This document shows, piece after piece, positions 10,201 through 21,297 of a stretch of DNA of 64,000 nt. Numbering within the stretch: position 1 is the stretch's first letter; the number at the start of each line of letters is the position of its first letter. Location of the stretch: assembly GCA_963813715.1 (NCBI GenBank), contig CAWFAK010000007.1, forward strand, positions 320,001 to 384,000, in the 5' to 3' direction. Both the position numbers and the translations under genes were made by a program. This stretch comes from an uncultured Planctomycetaceae bacterium. Its GTDB lineage: Bacteria; Planctomycetota; Planctomycetia; Planctomycetales; Planctomycetaceae. The notes below the pieces were generated by a model. The model did no database searches. It was not told where the DNA came from and was given only the letters and a program-made list of their open reading frames with translations.

Positions 10201-10630
10201 GATCGGCCGACTTTACCAGGAAGCCGTTCGTCGACAGGCGAGCCTCGTGCAGCGATTCCCCGGCAACCTCGGTTACCTGTTCTGGCTTGGGAAAATCCGC
10301 ATGTCGCTCGGCGAGTTCTGGCTCGAACGCCACAATCCGCAGGAAGCCCGCAAAGTCTTCGAGACGGCCATCGCCGATGTCACCCCGGCCTACACGGGCA
10401 AAATCGCGACAGGTCTGCTCGGCGACGTGTTGCGGAGTCTCTACGATCGGCTGGGCGAATCGCTCCAGGATCTGGGCGATGAACCCGGATCCCGCACAGC
10501 CCACGAAAAAGCCCGAAAGATCGGCCCACCCGGTCACGGCCCTGGCGAGGGACCCGGTCCTGGCGGCGACCATTTTGGGCCGCCCGGCCACCGTCGTGGA
10601 CCGCCTCCCCCGCCCAACGGCGAAGGATGA
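7268..10630 (+). CDS. Membrane Ser/Thr protein kinase with TPR-like C-terminal region
   Basis: IGRGGMGIVY, VAVK, HRDVKPGN, DFG and YMAPE motifs. TM segment LLILVVVVTSVAYV. The likely start is the ATG at 7268, 8 nt after the sigma stop. Confidence 0.92.
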   Translation: MLAPQPDSNPLEALAADFMERQRRGEMPSVEEYAADHPELADEIRDLFPTIAALEKVRAGQESEDSRRPPGATRLQRLGDFRILREIGRGGMGIVYEAMQESLGRRVAVKVLARHSRLDDSHRRRFLREARTAGRLHHTNIVPILGVGEQDGLDYFVMQYIEGVGLDSVIGRLRRTSGTNPESLRLSSYWQAGDTDGRISAPTQRVESVAKAASGNGVANKAATSADFSLSDDAVPPTPGSQPQLADNAPPAVGSGSGSQLAGTQPLRQICRTYWQDVAFVGLQVAQALEYAHSQGTLHRDVKPGNLLLDAQGTTWVADFGLAKATDQDVVSRTGDVLGTLLYMAPEQWRGTADARSDIYSLGVTLYELATLRVPLQVHDRVKSLGRVSPTSAITAPRKLCPSLPVDLETIVMKAMAEEPAHRYQTAGELAADLARFLQDQPISVSRPSVWERWRRWRRRNPAAAYFSTAAAALLILVVVVTSVAYVKTRVALADASQANEARGHALANEKLERERAESMLTTSLAALDNVFDRLVPDQRDQGRALTVAGQDQPTPTAAASPESAALLEELLKVYDQLAAGQTTQARLGVESARATRRIGDIYTRLGDLPRADTAYQQSIDKYQALAAGGTDPKLQLEIARLHNDLGAIYDRQRTKEKSRREFTMALSILQPQLASPSSAAERFEAARTHFLLGRGSDPQGEPEPPKGGPHHHPGDGPPHHPGDDGPPGEHHRPPPGEPGDGPHGDGPPDHGPPDDGLRGDGPPGDRPPGDWDGGPPPDDGPRRRPGHRPPPRDGRPDAPPDDDPGPPPEERGEGPDRSHNRHHDAPPPRKADAKELGLAIGLLDPLIKSDPRNPAYRYLLAQCYREQADPRAASSSEVDKAEQLLTALVKEHPDVADYHFALADTYAMSDIRSLYPKDFPQAEKNLRAALDQSTALVDRNPYATDYAALHVHILHKLAGILRQSPPERAGSPTTVDEIGRLYQEAVRRQASLVQRFPGNLGYLFWLGKIRMSLGEFWLERHNPQEARKVFETAIADVTPAYTGKIATGLLGDVLRSLYDRLGESLQDLGDEPGSRTAHEKARKIGPPGHGPGEGPGPGGDHFGPPGHRRGPPPPPNGEG

Positions 10631-10674
10631 CTGCGACGGATAACGTCCGAGCCATAACACGCCGCACGCGGTCG

Positions 10675-12808
10675 CTACGGATGCCTTGCGTGGGCCGCGT
10701 CGCCCATGATGTGCGCTCGAATGATCTCGATCTTAAAGCTGCGCAGGAGCGGGCCGGGAAGCATTTTGTCAGCGTTCACGATCGTCCCATCCGGTCCGAC
10801 TAGCAAATAGCTCGGGAAGGAGTTGACGCCGCACTCGTGAAGGTAAGCATTCAACGTGCGGCCGTCCGCCTGGTCGATGGCGATCGGCACGGCCATCGAG
10901 GAGGACTCGACATATTTGCGAATCGCGTCCGGCTCGACCGAATTGTCGTGCACGCCGATCACCGTCAACCCGTGGTCCTTGTAGAGTTCGTAGGCGAGTC
11001 GCACCGACGGATAGTCTTGGTGACAGAAGTGGCACCACGTCGTCCAAAAATCGAGCAACACATATCGGCCGCGGAAATCGGCCAGTTTTCCGGTGCCCTG
11101 CGGCACGTTGAGCCATAACCGGCAATCGAGCTCCGGAGCCAGTCCGGCGTGGATCGAGCTATGGGCGAGGCCGCCAGTCGAACCCTTGGCTTCCCAATCG
11201 CGCCACTCTTTGGCGACTTCGTCCAACTGCCGTTCGTAGGGCTCGGGTTCGAGCTTAAGCGTGATGTTCGTCAGGCTCTCGGGCCGATCGAGATGGACTT
11301 CCGTCCGCGCCCCGAGCGGCTCGTAAGCATGAAAGGCGACGACTGGATGGACGTAGACCCGTTTGCCATGCTCGCCCGTCGGCATCACTGACGGTTGCAA
11401 CTCGAAGCGGCCCTGCGCGTCCGTCAGCGTGGGATTTTCCCAGCGGAGCTGAGGACCGCGGAACCGCACGACTGTGTGGGAGGCCGGACGCCCTTCGGGC
11501 CCGACCACGCGCCCGCTCACTTTCGGCGTGGGATGCAAGCGGATGTTGCGGACACTGGCCGGCCCCGGAGCCTTGATCGAAACCTGGATCCATTGAGGGT
11601 CGCAGGTGAAATTGTCCTTGTAGCACGTGACCCGCGCCAGCCCGGTCGCCAGTTGCAGCGAGTACGTGCCGTCCTTGTCGGTCCTCTTGGAATCGGCGTA
11701 GACCCACTGCAGGGCGGACTTGCCGGCTGCGTCGGGAGCGCTCGTCCCCAGGACTTCGCCCACCACAACCTCGTCGGCCACCGGTTTGCCAGAGGGGTCT
11801 TCGAGCACGCGGCCCTGCGCGATGACTTTGCGATGCATCTTGAAGGTGTACGTGTCATTCGTTCCCGGCCCGATCGCAAAGCTCTCGTGGTGCGCATCGG
11901 CCGTCACTCGAGGCACGATCAAGTGCTCCTCGTGCGTCAACGTCAGCAAGCTGTAGTTGCCCGGTTCGACGGTCAGGCGGGCGACACCCTCTTTGTCGAA
12001 CGCCAGCGCGAAGTCGACGTACGTGGACGGCCGGCCGAACGGCACACGATCGAGCCGCAGCCTCGGCGGGGCGGTTGGAGGAATCTGGTCCGCCGGCTCG
12101 AGTCGCAGGGTGAGCTTTACGCCCGGACGCAGGACCGCGTCGACCTTGGTTTTCGGCTTCACGATCACGCCGCTCAGTTGCGCTTGCACGAAGTCGGGAT
12201 GTTCGACGACGAACGCGAGCGAGGCGTGTTGCGGCAACGCCGGCAGTTCCACGCGCCCGGCTTGATCGCTGGCGGGAACGTCCAGGTTGAACCGGGAGTC
12301 CTCGAATCGCCGCGATTCAAAGAAGAACGAGCCGTTCGCATCTTGCTGCTCGACCGACACGACGCGGGCGCCAGACACGGGCTTGCCGTCGGGAGTGCGC
12401 ACCAGGACAGCCAGCGTGCCGGGCCGGCTCAGCGAGATGTCCGCTGCGGTCAGATCGCCGTCTCTGCAACTTCACGAGACGATAAGCCCGCGCGAACCCG
12501 GGAGCCAGCACCGCGAAGACGTACGCCCGCACGGCCAGGTTCTCGAAGCCGTAGGCCCCATCCGCGCCGGTCTTGACGGTTCCCCGCCCCGTTTCCGGCT
12601 GGCCGCTGGCGTCCCGCGCGAACAGGCAAACTTCGGCCCCCGCCACCGCCTTGCCGTCGCTGTTCAGCACCCGTCCGGCTACTCGCCGCGTCGCCTGAGA
12701 ATCGTGGCCGCCGGCCCGTTGCCCCTGGGCGGCACACGGCCGCGAAAGGGCGAAAACCGTCAGAACGAGACCGATGCCGGCAACCAGCGCGATGCGGAGC
12801 GTCTGCAT
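10675..12808 (-). CDS. Secreted protein with carboxypeptidase-regulatory-like repeats and a TlpA/redoxin domain (frameshifted)
   Basis: Signal peptide MQTLRIALVAGIG. Repeated GRVxxxxGKPVxGA / TDxxGxF units. C-terminal GRYVLLDFWTTWCHFC. Confidence 0.82.
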
Positions 12809-13100
12809 GAAATGCGCCTTTCGCAAGAGACCGTCTCTGCCACGGCCGTCGGTCGAAATCCTGCCCCAAATGGAGTTGCGAGACAAGAATTTTCGTCTAC
12901 GAGACGCCCCGCCGGTGGCGTAAAAGCGAAACTCCTCCCGAGAGCCCCCGCAGAACGCCGCCGCGGCCGCTCGTGAATCTGGATTCGCCTCGCCGGGTGA
13001 ACGATAATCGCACGAGCGCTTCGCCGGTTTCGCCCGCCTTCAACCTCTCTTCGACTGCGGAACCCCCAGTTCGAGTGTTGCCCGTTCGACCGTCCCGGCG

Positions 13101-15637
13101 TTGATCGTTCTCAAGGACCGCAGTTTGACCAAACGTTCCCGCAAAGCGCCGCGCGTCGTCCCGCCGCCAGCCGTCGCCGAGCCTGTCCAAATTCCGGAAA
13201 TTCAGGGCGCAGCATCGGCCGCCTGGACGCGGCGTTGGCCCGGGTGGCTGACCCTGTGGGCCGGTTGGCTCGTGCCGCAATTGGTGCTCTTGGGCCCCGC
13301 CTTGATCGGTCGCACCGTCGATCTGCCGGTCGACCTGCTGACCACTCCCCATACGTACGTTCCCAATCCGTCCGAGTACGCGGGCGTTCTGCGGCACGGC
13401 CGCGAGCTGTTCGACATGGTTTTGCTCTATCCGGAGGCGCGCGAATTCTCCGCGAAGGAACTGCGGGCCGGGCGCTTGCCCCTGTGGCAGCCCGCGAACT
13501 TTGCGGGAGCGCCCTTTGCGTTTTGGCCCAAATACTCGCCGTTCGAGCTGCTTTACTACGCGGCGCCGTACCCGGTTACGCTGGCCTGGATGGCCATCGT
13601 GCAGGCGATCACGGTCGGACTGGGAATGTGGCTCTTGCTCTCGCGCTCGTTTCGGCTCGGTTACTGGCCCGCGGCTCTGGCGAGCTGGTGCGCGCCGCTG
13701 ACTGGCTACGTGACGGTCTGGCACGGATCACTCCCTTTGGGGCCCGTGCTCTGGTTGCCCTGGTCGCTCTGGGCAGTGCACAGCGCCGTGAAAAATCCTG
13801 CCGGACTGGGCGGATTGTGGGTGGCCCTGATCACAGGACTGATGTTGCTCACCGGCCATCCGGGCGTCGGCGGCCTCGTGCTGCTGACGACCGGGCTCTA
13901 TTTCGTTTGGATGCTGGCCGACGACTTCCTGTTTGGAGACCTTCCCGTCCGTCAGCATTGGCGACTCGCCGCATGGCGGGTGGCGGTTGTCGCCGCGGGC
14001 TGGTTGATCGGCTTCCTGATCGGCACACCTTATCTGCTCCCGCTCTTGGAATACGGCCGCACCGGCTATCGGATAAACGTCCGCTCGAGCGGGTACGAGG
14101 AGCGGCCGCCCGAAGGTCTCGAGGGAATCCCCGCCATCTTCTGGCCGGAAGTCAATGGCGACGAAACGCACGCAACGACGACGCGGATCACAGGCCGATC
14201 AAGCTTGATCGAGGGAGCATCCGCGGGATACGCGGGCCTGCTGGCCGCGCTGTGGCTGGCGCCGCTGGCCTGGCGTCATCGACGGCTGCGATCACTGACG
14301 GTCTTCCTCGCGCTTTTGACTCTTGTGTCCTTGGGCTGGACGCTCAACGTGCCGGGCATCATCCATCTGCTGGCGCCGGATGGATGCGCCCGCTGGCGTC
14401 TTTGTCGTTCAACCGCTGGGTCTTTGCCGCGGGCGACGCCATCTTAATCCTCGCCGCCATCGGGCTCGATTCGTTGCTCGCCAGCGTGCCGGAGTTTCGA
14501 TGGAGGTGGCGCTTCCCCCCGCTGCTCTGCGCCTGCTTTGGTTGTTGGTGCCTTTATCGATTCGTCACTCTGTCGCCCGTGCACACGCGGCAAGGATTCG
14601 CGACCGTCTTTTTGTTGGGGGCCGCCATGGCCTTGGCGGGGATCGCCGGCTGGGCAACCACGTTTTCCCGCCGACCGCGTATCGGCTGGCTGCGGATCGG
14701 CCTGATCGGACTGCTCCCTCTGGAGCTGTTTTGGTTCGCCTGGACCGAGCGGCGGCAAGCCGACATCTCGCTCAATTTTCCGCCCATTGCCGTGCTCGAC
14801 AAACTGACCACGCTGCCGCCGGGACGTACTTGGGGCATCGCCTCCTTCGAGCCGAATCTCAATCAGACCTTGGGCCTGGAGGACATTCGTGGCTACGACG
14901 GCGTCGACCCGGGAAATTTTATCAGCCTGTTCGAGCTGGCCGTGGATCGGAAACGGACGATGTTTTTCTTTTACGCGCGGACGCAAGTCGCGATTCCCGC
15001 CGCCGCGTACACCGATCAGGGATTGCGGCTGCATCCCGTCTCCGACCTGCTCAACGTCCGGTACCTGATCTATCGCAGCCGCCCGCCCGTGTCGCTGCCG
15101 GTCGTGCTGCACGAGGACGACTATTGGATTGCGGAAAACGTGCGGGCGCTCCCCCGGGCTTACGTGCCGCGTTCGGTCCGTGTCGTCCGGGACGACCACG
15201 AAGCACTTACCCAGATGGCTTCATATGACTTCGATCCCCGCCAGACCGCCTTCGTGTCCGATGATTTGCGGCTGCCTCCCAACATGCAGGGACTGGCGAG
15301 CGTCCAATACCCGAGCCCGTCGCGGGCCGAGATCGATGCGTCGATGCAAACCGACGGGCTGGTGCTCGTCTCCGACCTGTGGGATGGCGGCTGGCGCGCG
15401 GAACTCGACGGCGCGGAGTGTCCGATTTACCGCGTCGACATCGCGCTCCGCGGATTCCACGTGCCGGCGGGGAAACATCGCATCGTCTGCACGTACGAAC
15501 CGCTCAGTGTGTGGGCCGGCTTTCGGGCGGCGGCCGGCGGACTCTTGCTGCTCGTCCTGTGGGCGGTTTGGAAGCGCCGCACGAGCATTCAGAATCGCTT
15601 CGCGCGATTCGGTCGTGCCCGAGCACAGAATGCGTGA
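13101..15637 (+). CDS. YfhO-like multi-pass membrane glycosyltransferase (frameshift near 14380)
   Basis: GRLPLWQPANFAGAP motif and many TM helices. C-terminal GLVLVSDLWDGGWRAELDG...RGFHVPAGKHRIVCTYEP. Confidence 0.8.
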
Positions 15638-15652
15638 ACGGCCGTCACTCGA

Positions 15653-16186
15653 TCAGGAATCGCCGTCGACGCCGACGACCGGGCTGCGTCGCTCCATCAA
15701 AATCGTGTCCCGCCAAACACCGCGGAGTCTGCCGATGCGCTCGCGTCGCCCGATCTCGCGGAAACCGCAAGCCTGTTGCAGCCGGAGGCTAGCGTCATTT
15801 TCCGCGAACGTGGCCCCCTGGAGCGTCCAAATGCCGCGCCGTTCCGACTCGGCAATCGCGGCCAGCAACAGTTCGCGACCAATACGTTGGCTGCGATGAT
15901 CGGCCGCAACATACACGCTGACTTCCGCGACGCCGGCATAGCAAGCACGCCGGGACACGGGACAGAGCGCAGCCCAGCCGACGATCCGAGCGTCCAGCCG
16001 CGCCACGAGGCGCGCGAACGGATGATGGGCGGCATCCCATTCGTCCCAAGTCGGCGGATCGACCTCGAACGTCGCCTGGCCGGAGGCAATGCCGTCGACA
16101 TAAATCGCCCGCACCAACTCCCAATCGGCCGGCGCCATCTCGGCGATCTCGAGGCTGGCAGAATGTTCCCGCACTCGATCTCTCAC
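15653..16186 (-). CDS. GNAT N-acetyltransferase (phosphinothricin/YncA-like)
   Basis: IYxDGIASGQATFE, EVSVYV, GIWTLQG, ENDASLRL and WRD motifs. Confidence 0.9.
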   Translation of the reverse strand: MRDRVREHSASLEIAEMAPADWELVRAIYVDGIASGQATFEVDPPTWDEWDAAHHPFARLVARLDARIVGWAALCPVSRRACYAGVAEVSVYVAADHRSQRIGRELLLAAIAESERRGIWTLQGATFAENDASLRLQQACGFREIGRRERIGRLRGVWRDTILMERRSPVVGVDGDS

Positions 16187-16219
16187 ACGTCAGAGGGAGC
16201 CTCGTCCGCCCGCGATCCG

Positions 16220-17694
16220 TCAGAACTGCATATAGAGAACGGGGGGCGGTTCCTGCTGAAAGGCCCACTGAACGAAGAACATCCCGGCCACGAACGCGCA
16301 TTGGGCACAGAGAATCGTGGAGAGCAATCCGTTCCGCTCTCCCAGCCACCGACCCGCTCGCTCGAAAAACGAGCCCGCGGCGTCCGATTTCCAAAGCGCC
16401 GTCAACAGCACGGCCGCCGCGACGAGCACGAGCGCCGGTCCCTGCCACGAATACCTCGAGACGGCCGCGGGCAGATTCGCGAGACACGTGCCGAGCGCGC
16501 TGAGAATGCTCAGGGCATGATCGACGTCGTTGGCAAAAAAGAGCTGGCAGACGCAGACGTAATGCAGCGTGATGACGATCGCGACCAGCCGCACCGTCTT
16601 GTCTTTAAGGTAGGCGCGCAGTCGTTGATGGCCGATGGTTGCCCGCAGGACGTCGCCGTAAGCCCGCGTCGCCGCCGCTCCCAGGCCGTTGAGCACGCCG
16701 AACATCACAAAGGCGTCAGTCGTGCCGTGCCAGACGCCGGCGACGAAGAGCGCAAGAACAAGAGCGCGTAACTCCACGAGCGGGCTCCCCGCGGGAAGGC
16801 GGTGGCCGCCGCCTTATAGCTCGACATGAAGACGTAATCGCGAATCCAGTGCGTCAGCGTGATGTGCCAGCGGTCCCAAAAGTCCAAAACGTTGCGGGAG
16901 AGCCACGGCCGGTTGAAATTCTCCGGCAGCCGAAAGCCGAGCAGCCCGCCGGCGCCGATCACGATGTCCGTATACCCCGAAAAATTGAAATACAGGTAGA
17001 CGGGATAGGCGTAAAAGGCGATCAGCACGGACCCCAACGTCGGCGTCGTCCACAATCCGCCATAACTTTTGAGGGCCGTTTCGACGTAAGCCCCCAACAG
17101 GCCCACCTTGATCATTCCGGTCAGGATGCGGATCCAGTAAAGCAGGCTTTCGCGAGTCTCGCTCGGCTGCAGATCCATCTCCTCCCAGTATTTCAGGAAG
17201 TCGTTATAGCGCTGAATCGGGCCGGCCGTGATCGTGAAAAATGAAAGCTGGTAATTGAGATAGCGCCACAGATTGAACGGCGCCAATTGCCCCTGCCACT
17301 GGTCGATCAGCATGTGGATGAATTTGAAGGTCATGTAGGACAGGCCGACCAGCTCGGCCTTGTGCAGCCGCATGTCCAAGGCGAGCGGGAAGGGAATGAA
17401 GGCGGCCAACAACGTGTATCGCTTGACGTAGAGGTAGAGCAAGAGCACCAGCGACACCGCCGCCGTCACAATCCAGCCGCGACTTTGTGCCCGCACGAGT
17501 GCCAGGGCGCCGTAGGTTATCCCCAGGAAGAAGACAAACCAGATCCAACTGCGGAGGTCCGGCACGAGCGGGATGAGGAACATCAGGCTCACGCAGGCCA
17601 GCACGATTTGGCGCAAGCGTTTGCCGGGTGCCAGGTGAAAGACGATCACCGCCGCGCCGCAAAAGAACAGGAAACCCAGGGAGCAGACCGCCAT
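16220..17694 (-). CDS. MBOAT family O-acyltransferase (DltB/AlgI-like; frameshift near 16760)
   Basis: GLSYMTFK, AGPIQR, FSGYTDIVIG, ENFNRP, FWDRWHITL and catalytic GVWHG. Confidence 0.9.
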
Positions 17695-17703
17695 TGCGCG
17701 TTC

Positions 17704-17958
17704 TCAACCGGCTTGAAGTTTGCTTTCGATCAGCCGGACAAAGGAGCCGATATTCTGATCAGGCTCTTTCAATCGCGACATTTCCGCGGTCGCGAACTTG
17801 ATGCCCAAAGCCCGCTCGATAGCAATCAAGAGGTCGATGTGCGTCACCGAGTCCCAGCCCTCGACGTCGGCCGCAGTCATGTCGTCCCGCAGGACGATGG
17901 TCGGGTCGTCGAAGACTTGGCGAAAGATTTCCTGCAGCTCGGCACGAACGTCACGCAC
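17704..17958 (-). CDS. Acyl carrier protein
   Basis: 84 aa and acidic, with the GWDSVTH phosphopantetheine motif. Overlaps the FkbH stop. Confidence 0.92.
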   Translation of the reverse strand: MRDVRAELQEIFRQVFDDPTIVLRDDMTAADVEGWDSVTHIDLLIAIERALGIKFATAEMSRLKEPDQNIGSFVRLIESKLQAG

Positions 17959-19902
17959 GGGATTCGTCCCTCTCGATAAAGTGCGGCAGCGGAGCCGCGG
18001 CCGCCACGTCGAGTTCCCAAAAGGTCGACGCTCCGTCCGAACCGGCCGGCGAAAACCCGAGCTTCGCGTAATGGTCGGCGACGAGCCCGTTCTTGGCCGT
18101 CGGGATATAGGTCCCCAACAGACGATTGCATCCGGCGGCGCGGCACAAATCCACCAATTCGTTGCGGGCGAACTGCTCCACGCCCCGCTGCAGCACCCGG
18201 CAGCTCATGATCCAGGTGTCGATCGCCAGAGCGTCTGCTTGTTTTCGCAGGAGAATCACGCTGATCAGTCCGTTGTCGCCCAATTCGTCGCGGAGGCTGA
18301 ACGTTCGCGTCTGCCATTCGGAATTCTCGACCAGGCCGCGGACTTCCGACAGCGTGTAACGCCGCGTCGTCAGGTTGAACTGGTTCGACTTGTTGACCAG
18401 CTGCGTCGAGCGTTCGATGTTCAAGTCGTTGATCAGCTCAACCTTCATCTTCATGTGCAGCGAGGCGAGAAACGATTCCAGGTCGGTGCGCCGGCCGCCA
18501 GCTCCTTGCGCCGCGTGTTCTCGAAATAATAGCGGGCCCGGGCCGAATCCTCTTGCGTGAACGACGTCGTCTCAAAATAGCGATGACGGGCCACGCGCCG
18601 CGATGTAACCCGACGGATCCTCGGGCAAATCGGGCACCGCGACTTGCGGCACAAAGCGGCGGACGAGCGCCCGCTCGGCCGGATTGTCGTCGACAAACAC
18701 GATCGAATCGAGCCCCAGCTCCAGCTGGTCGGCGATGGTGCGGAGGTTGTCCGCCTTGTTGTTCCAATTGGCGACGAACGCCGAGATGTCGGCCAGGTGC
18801 AGTACCATGTCGGCCCGCTTCTCGAAGGGCTCGCGCGCCTTCTCAGGATCGTTCTTGGAACATACAGCCAGCACGATGCCTCGCTGCGAAAGCTCCTTCG
18901 CGTAGCGCTGAAACGCGAGAAACGCTTCACCTTCGCCCGAGCCCTGCCCGAACTTGATGCCGCCGGGCCCCAGGTCGCCGACGACGCCGCCCCACAGCGT
19001 GTTGTCCAGATCGAGGGCCAGAACTTTCTTGCTGCGCCCCAGCATGGCTCTCAGCTGCGAGACGACGCTGTGGGCATAGCCGGGCAGGCACTCGGCCCCG
19101 CACGGCATTTTGAACTCGTGATAAAACCGCGGATCGAACCAGCCCGCCGCCCCCGCCTCGGCCGCGAGCGATTGAGATCGTGCATCACGACGAACGCGGG
19201 CGCCGCCTCGGCCAGCGAGCGATTGAGCCGGGCCAGATAATTTTCGCGGGCCGCCGGATGCCGCAGCGTGTAATGCCCCAGGATGCGATCAAACGGAATG
19301 TCGAAGTTGTTCTGGATCAGCGTCGCGTTCCAGCGGGAGCGGGCCGTCTCCCAAAGCTGCAGCCAATCGGACAGCTCCGTTTCGGCGAATTGCTCGACCG
19401 CGGCCGCGTCGGCTTCGAGCGGCGGCACGCGGGTGAGATCGCGAGCTCCCGTCGCCACAAAGACGATTTCCGGTCCGAACTGATCTAGTCCCGAGCCGGG
19501 CGTCAAAATCTCCTGGCGAAAGAGCCCGTACTCGGCTTCGTAGATCTCGGCCGCGATCCCCTCGTGCGCGAGAAAGAGTTCGATCAGTTGACGCAGCTGA
19601 ATCGTCGTCGGGCCGCCCAAAATCGCCAGTCGAACGACTCGACCGGTGCTCGTGCCCGCGTTCGTCGCCGCGCCCGTCCCCGCGTTCGGCCCGTTCACGT
19701 AGCGCCGCAGCTTCATCAGCGACGAGTAATCCAGCAAGGGGCTCACGGCGCGGGCTGCCCAGCCACGCGCCGCGTCGGGATCTTCCTGCTGACTGACGGC
19801 TTTGAGGGCCCCGACGAAATCAGCGAAACGCGGCCGGCGAGCCGGCGCGTCGAGCTGCAAATACGAGTGAAGCGTTTCCTGATCGTGCTGCGAGGCGGTC
19901 AA
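17951..19902 (-). CDS. FkbH-like HAD-IIIC glyceryl transferase/phosphatase (several frameshifts)
   Basis: KVLALDLDNTLWGGVVG, CSKND, FVDDNPAER, KSNQFNLTT and MSCRV motifs across ORFs 19051-19902, 18572-19108 and 17951-18454. Confidence 0.9.
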
Positions 19903-20147
19903 CGGGGACGTTCCAGCGTTGTCGACTTGGCAAGCCCGCGACGAACGGATGGGGGTCAGCGCGACAGAATCTTGCCGGATGGGAGCTCAGAATCGATCCT
20001 AAGCCGGCGAAATGGCAAGGTCAATCGCCGCGCCCGAGGACTAACTCGTGTCGCCCGGTGCGTTCCAGCAAGTAATTGGCGAGCGAGATCTCCCGTTAGC
20101 GCATCCTGCCGGATTGGCTACAGTTTGCCCCCGCAACGGAGGCGGCC

Positions 20148-21275
20148 GTGCTCGCGTCATCTTATGTTCGGCGGATGCCCTGGTTCGTCCTGATTTGGGC
20201 CTGCGCCCTCTCGGCGATGGGCTTGGCGGCAATTGCCCGCGGCGACGAACTGGCCGGCGGTGGACAGCTCTGGTCGCGGCAGTTGGAGTGGATTCTGCTC
20301 TCGGCCTGTGCGCTCTTCGCGGCCACGCTGCCACACTATCGGCTGCTTCGGCACGTTTGCTATCCGCTTTTTGGCGGTTGCCTGGTCCTGCTCGTCGCCG
20401 TCTTTCTGACGCAACCCCGCAACGGTGCGCAGCGTTGGATCCCGTTCGGGCCGATCGCCTTTCAGCCGTCGGAGCTGACGAAGCTGGCCTTCATCGTGGC
20501 GCTCGCCGCTTACCTGGTCCATCAGCGCAGCTACCGCGAGTTGAAGGGGCTGCTCGTGCCGTTCGTGATCGCCCTGGTGCCGGTCGGCCTGATCCTCCGC
20601 GAGCCCGACCTGGGAACGTCGCTGGTCTTTTTGCCGGTGCTCTTTGCCATGCTGTTTGCAGCCGGAGCCCGCGTGCGGCACCTGGTCTTCGTCGTGCTCT
20701 TGGCCATTCCCGTCCTGCCGATGATGTGGATGGGAATGAGCGCCGAGCAGAAGTCGCGAATCGTGACATTGTTCGTGCAGCGCGACGGCGGCCCGGCCCC
20801 CACCGGCGACGGGTATCACCTGCACCAGTCCAAGCAGGTGATCTCGCTCGGCGGCGTGCGTGGCAGCCAATTCAACGGCGCGACGATCGACGATCCGCAA
20901 GCCTATCACCTGCCCGCATCGCGGACCGATTTTGTCTATTGCCTGGTCGGCGAACGGTTCGGATTGATCGGCTCGTGCACGACGTTGCTGCTCTACTTGG
21001 CGCTGTTCGCGGCCGGACTGCGGATCGCCGCTGGCACGCGCGAACCGTTTGGACGCTTGCTGGCCGTCGGTGTGATTACGTTGATCGCCACGCAGACGAT
21101 CATCAACACCGGCATGACCGTCGGCCTGATGCCGGTCACCGGGATCACGCTGCCACTCATCAGCCACGGCGGCTCGAGCCTGATTACCACGGCCGTCGCC
21201 CTGGGCCTCTTGCTCAACGTGGGCCTGCGGCCGGGTTACGAAGTGGCCGGCGCGCCGTTTCGATTTGCCGAGTGA
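20148..21275 (+). CDS. rodA: FtsW/RodA/SpoVE (SEDS) family protein
   Basis: GAQRW, QPSELTK, EPDLGT, LPASRTDF and PVTGITLPLISHGGSS motifs. Confidence 0.88.
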   Translation: MLASSYVRRMPWFVLIWACALSAMGLAAIARGDELAGGGQLWSRQLEWILLSACALFAATLPHYRLLRHVCYPLFGGCLVLLVAVFLTQPRNGAQRWIPFGPIAFQPSELTKLAFIVALAAYLVHQRSYRELKGLLVPFVIALVPVGLILREPDLGTSLVFLPVLFAMLFAAGARVRHLVFVVLLAIPVLPMMWMGMSAEQKSRIVTLFVQRDGGPAPTGDGYHLHQSKQVISLGGVRGSQFNGATIDDPQAYHLPASRTDFVYCLVGERFGLIGSCTTLLLYLALFAAGLRIAAGTREPFGRLLAVGVITLIATQTIINTGMTVGLMPVTGITLPLISHGGSSLITTAVALGLLLNVGLRPGYEVAGAPFRFAE

Positions 21276-21297
21276 CTCACTTTGCCGAGTGAACCGA

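Noticed and set aside
21264..21292. 12-bp direct repeat TTTGCCGAGTGA at the rodA stop
   Set aside because: A short local duplication with no element between the copies.
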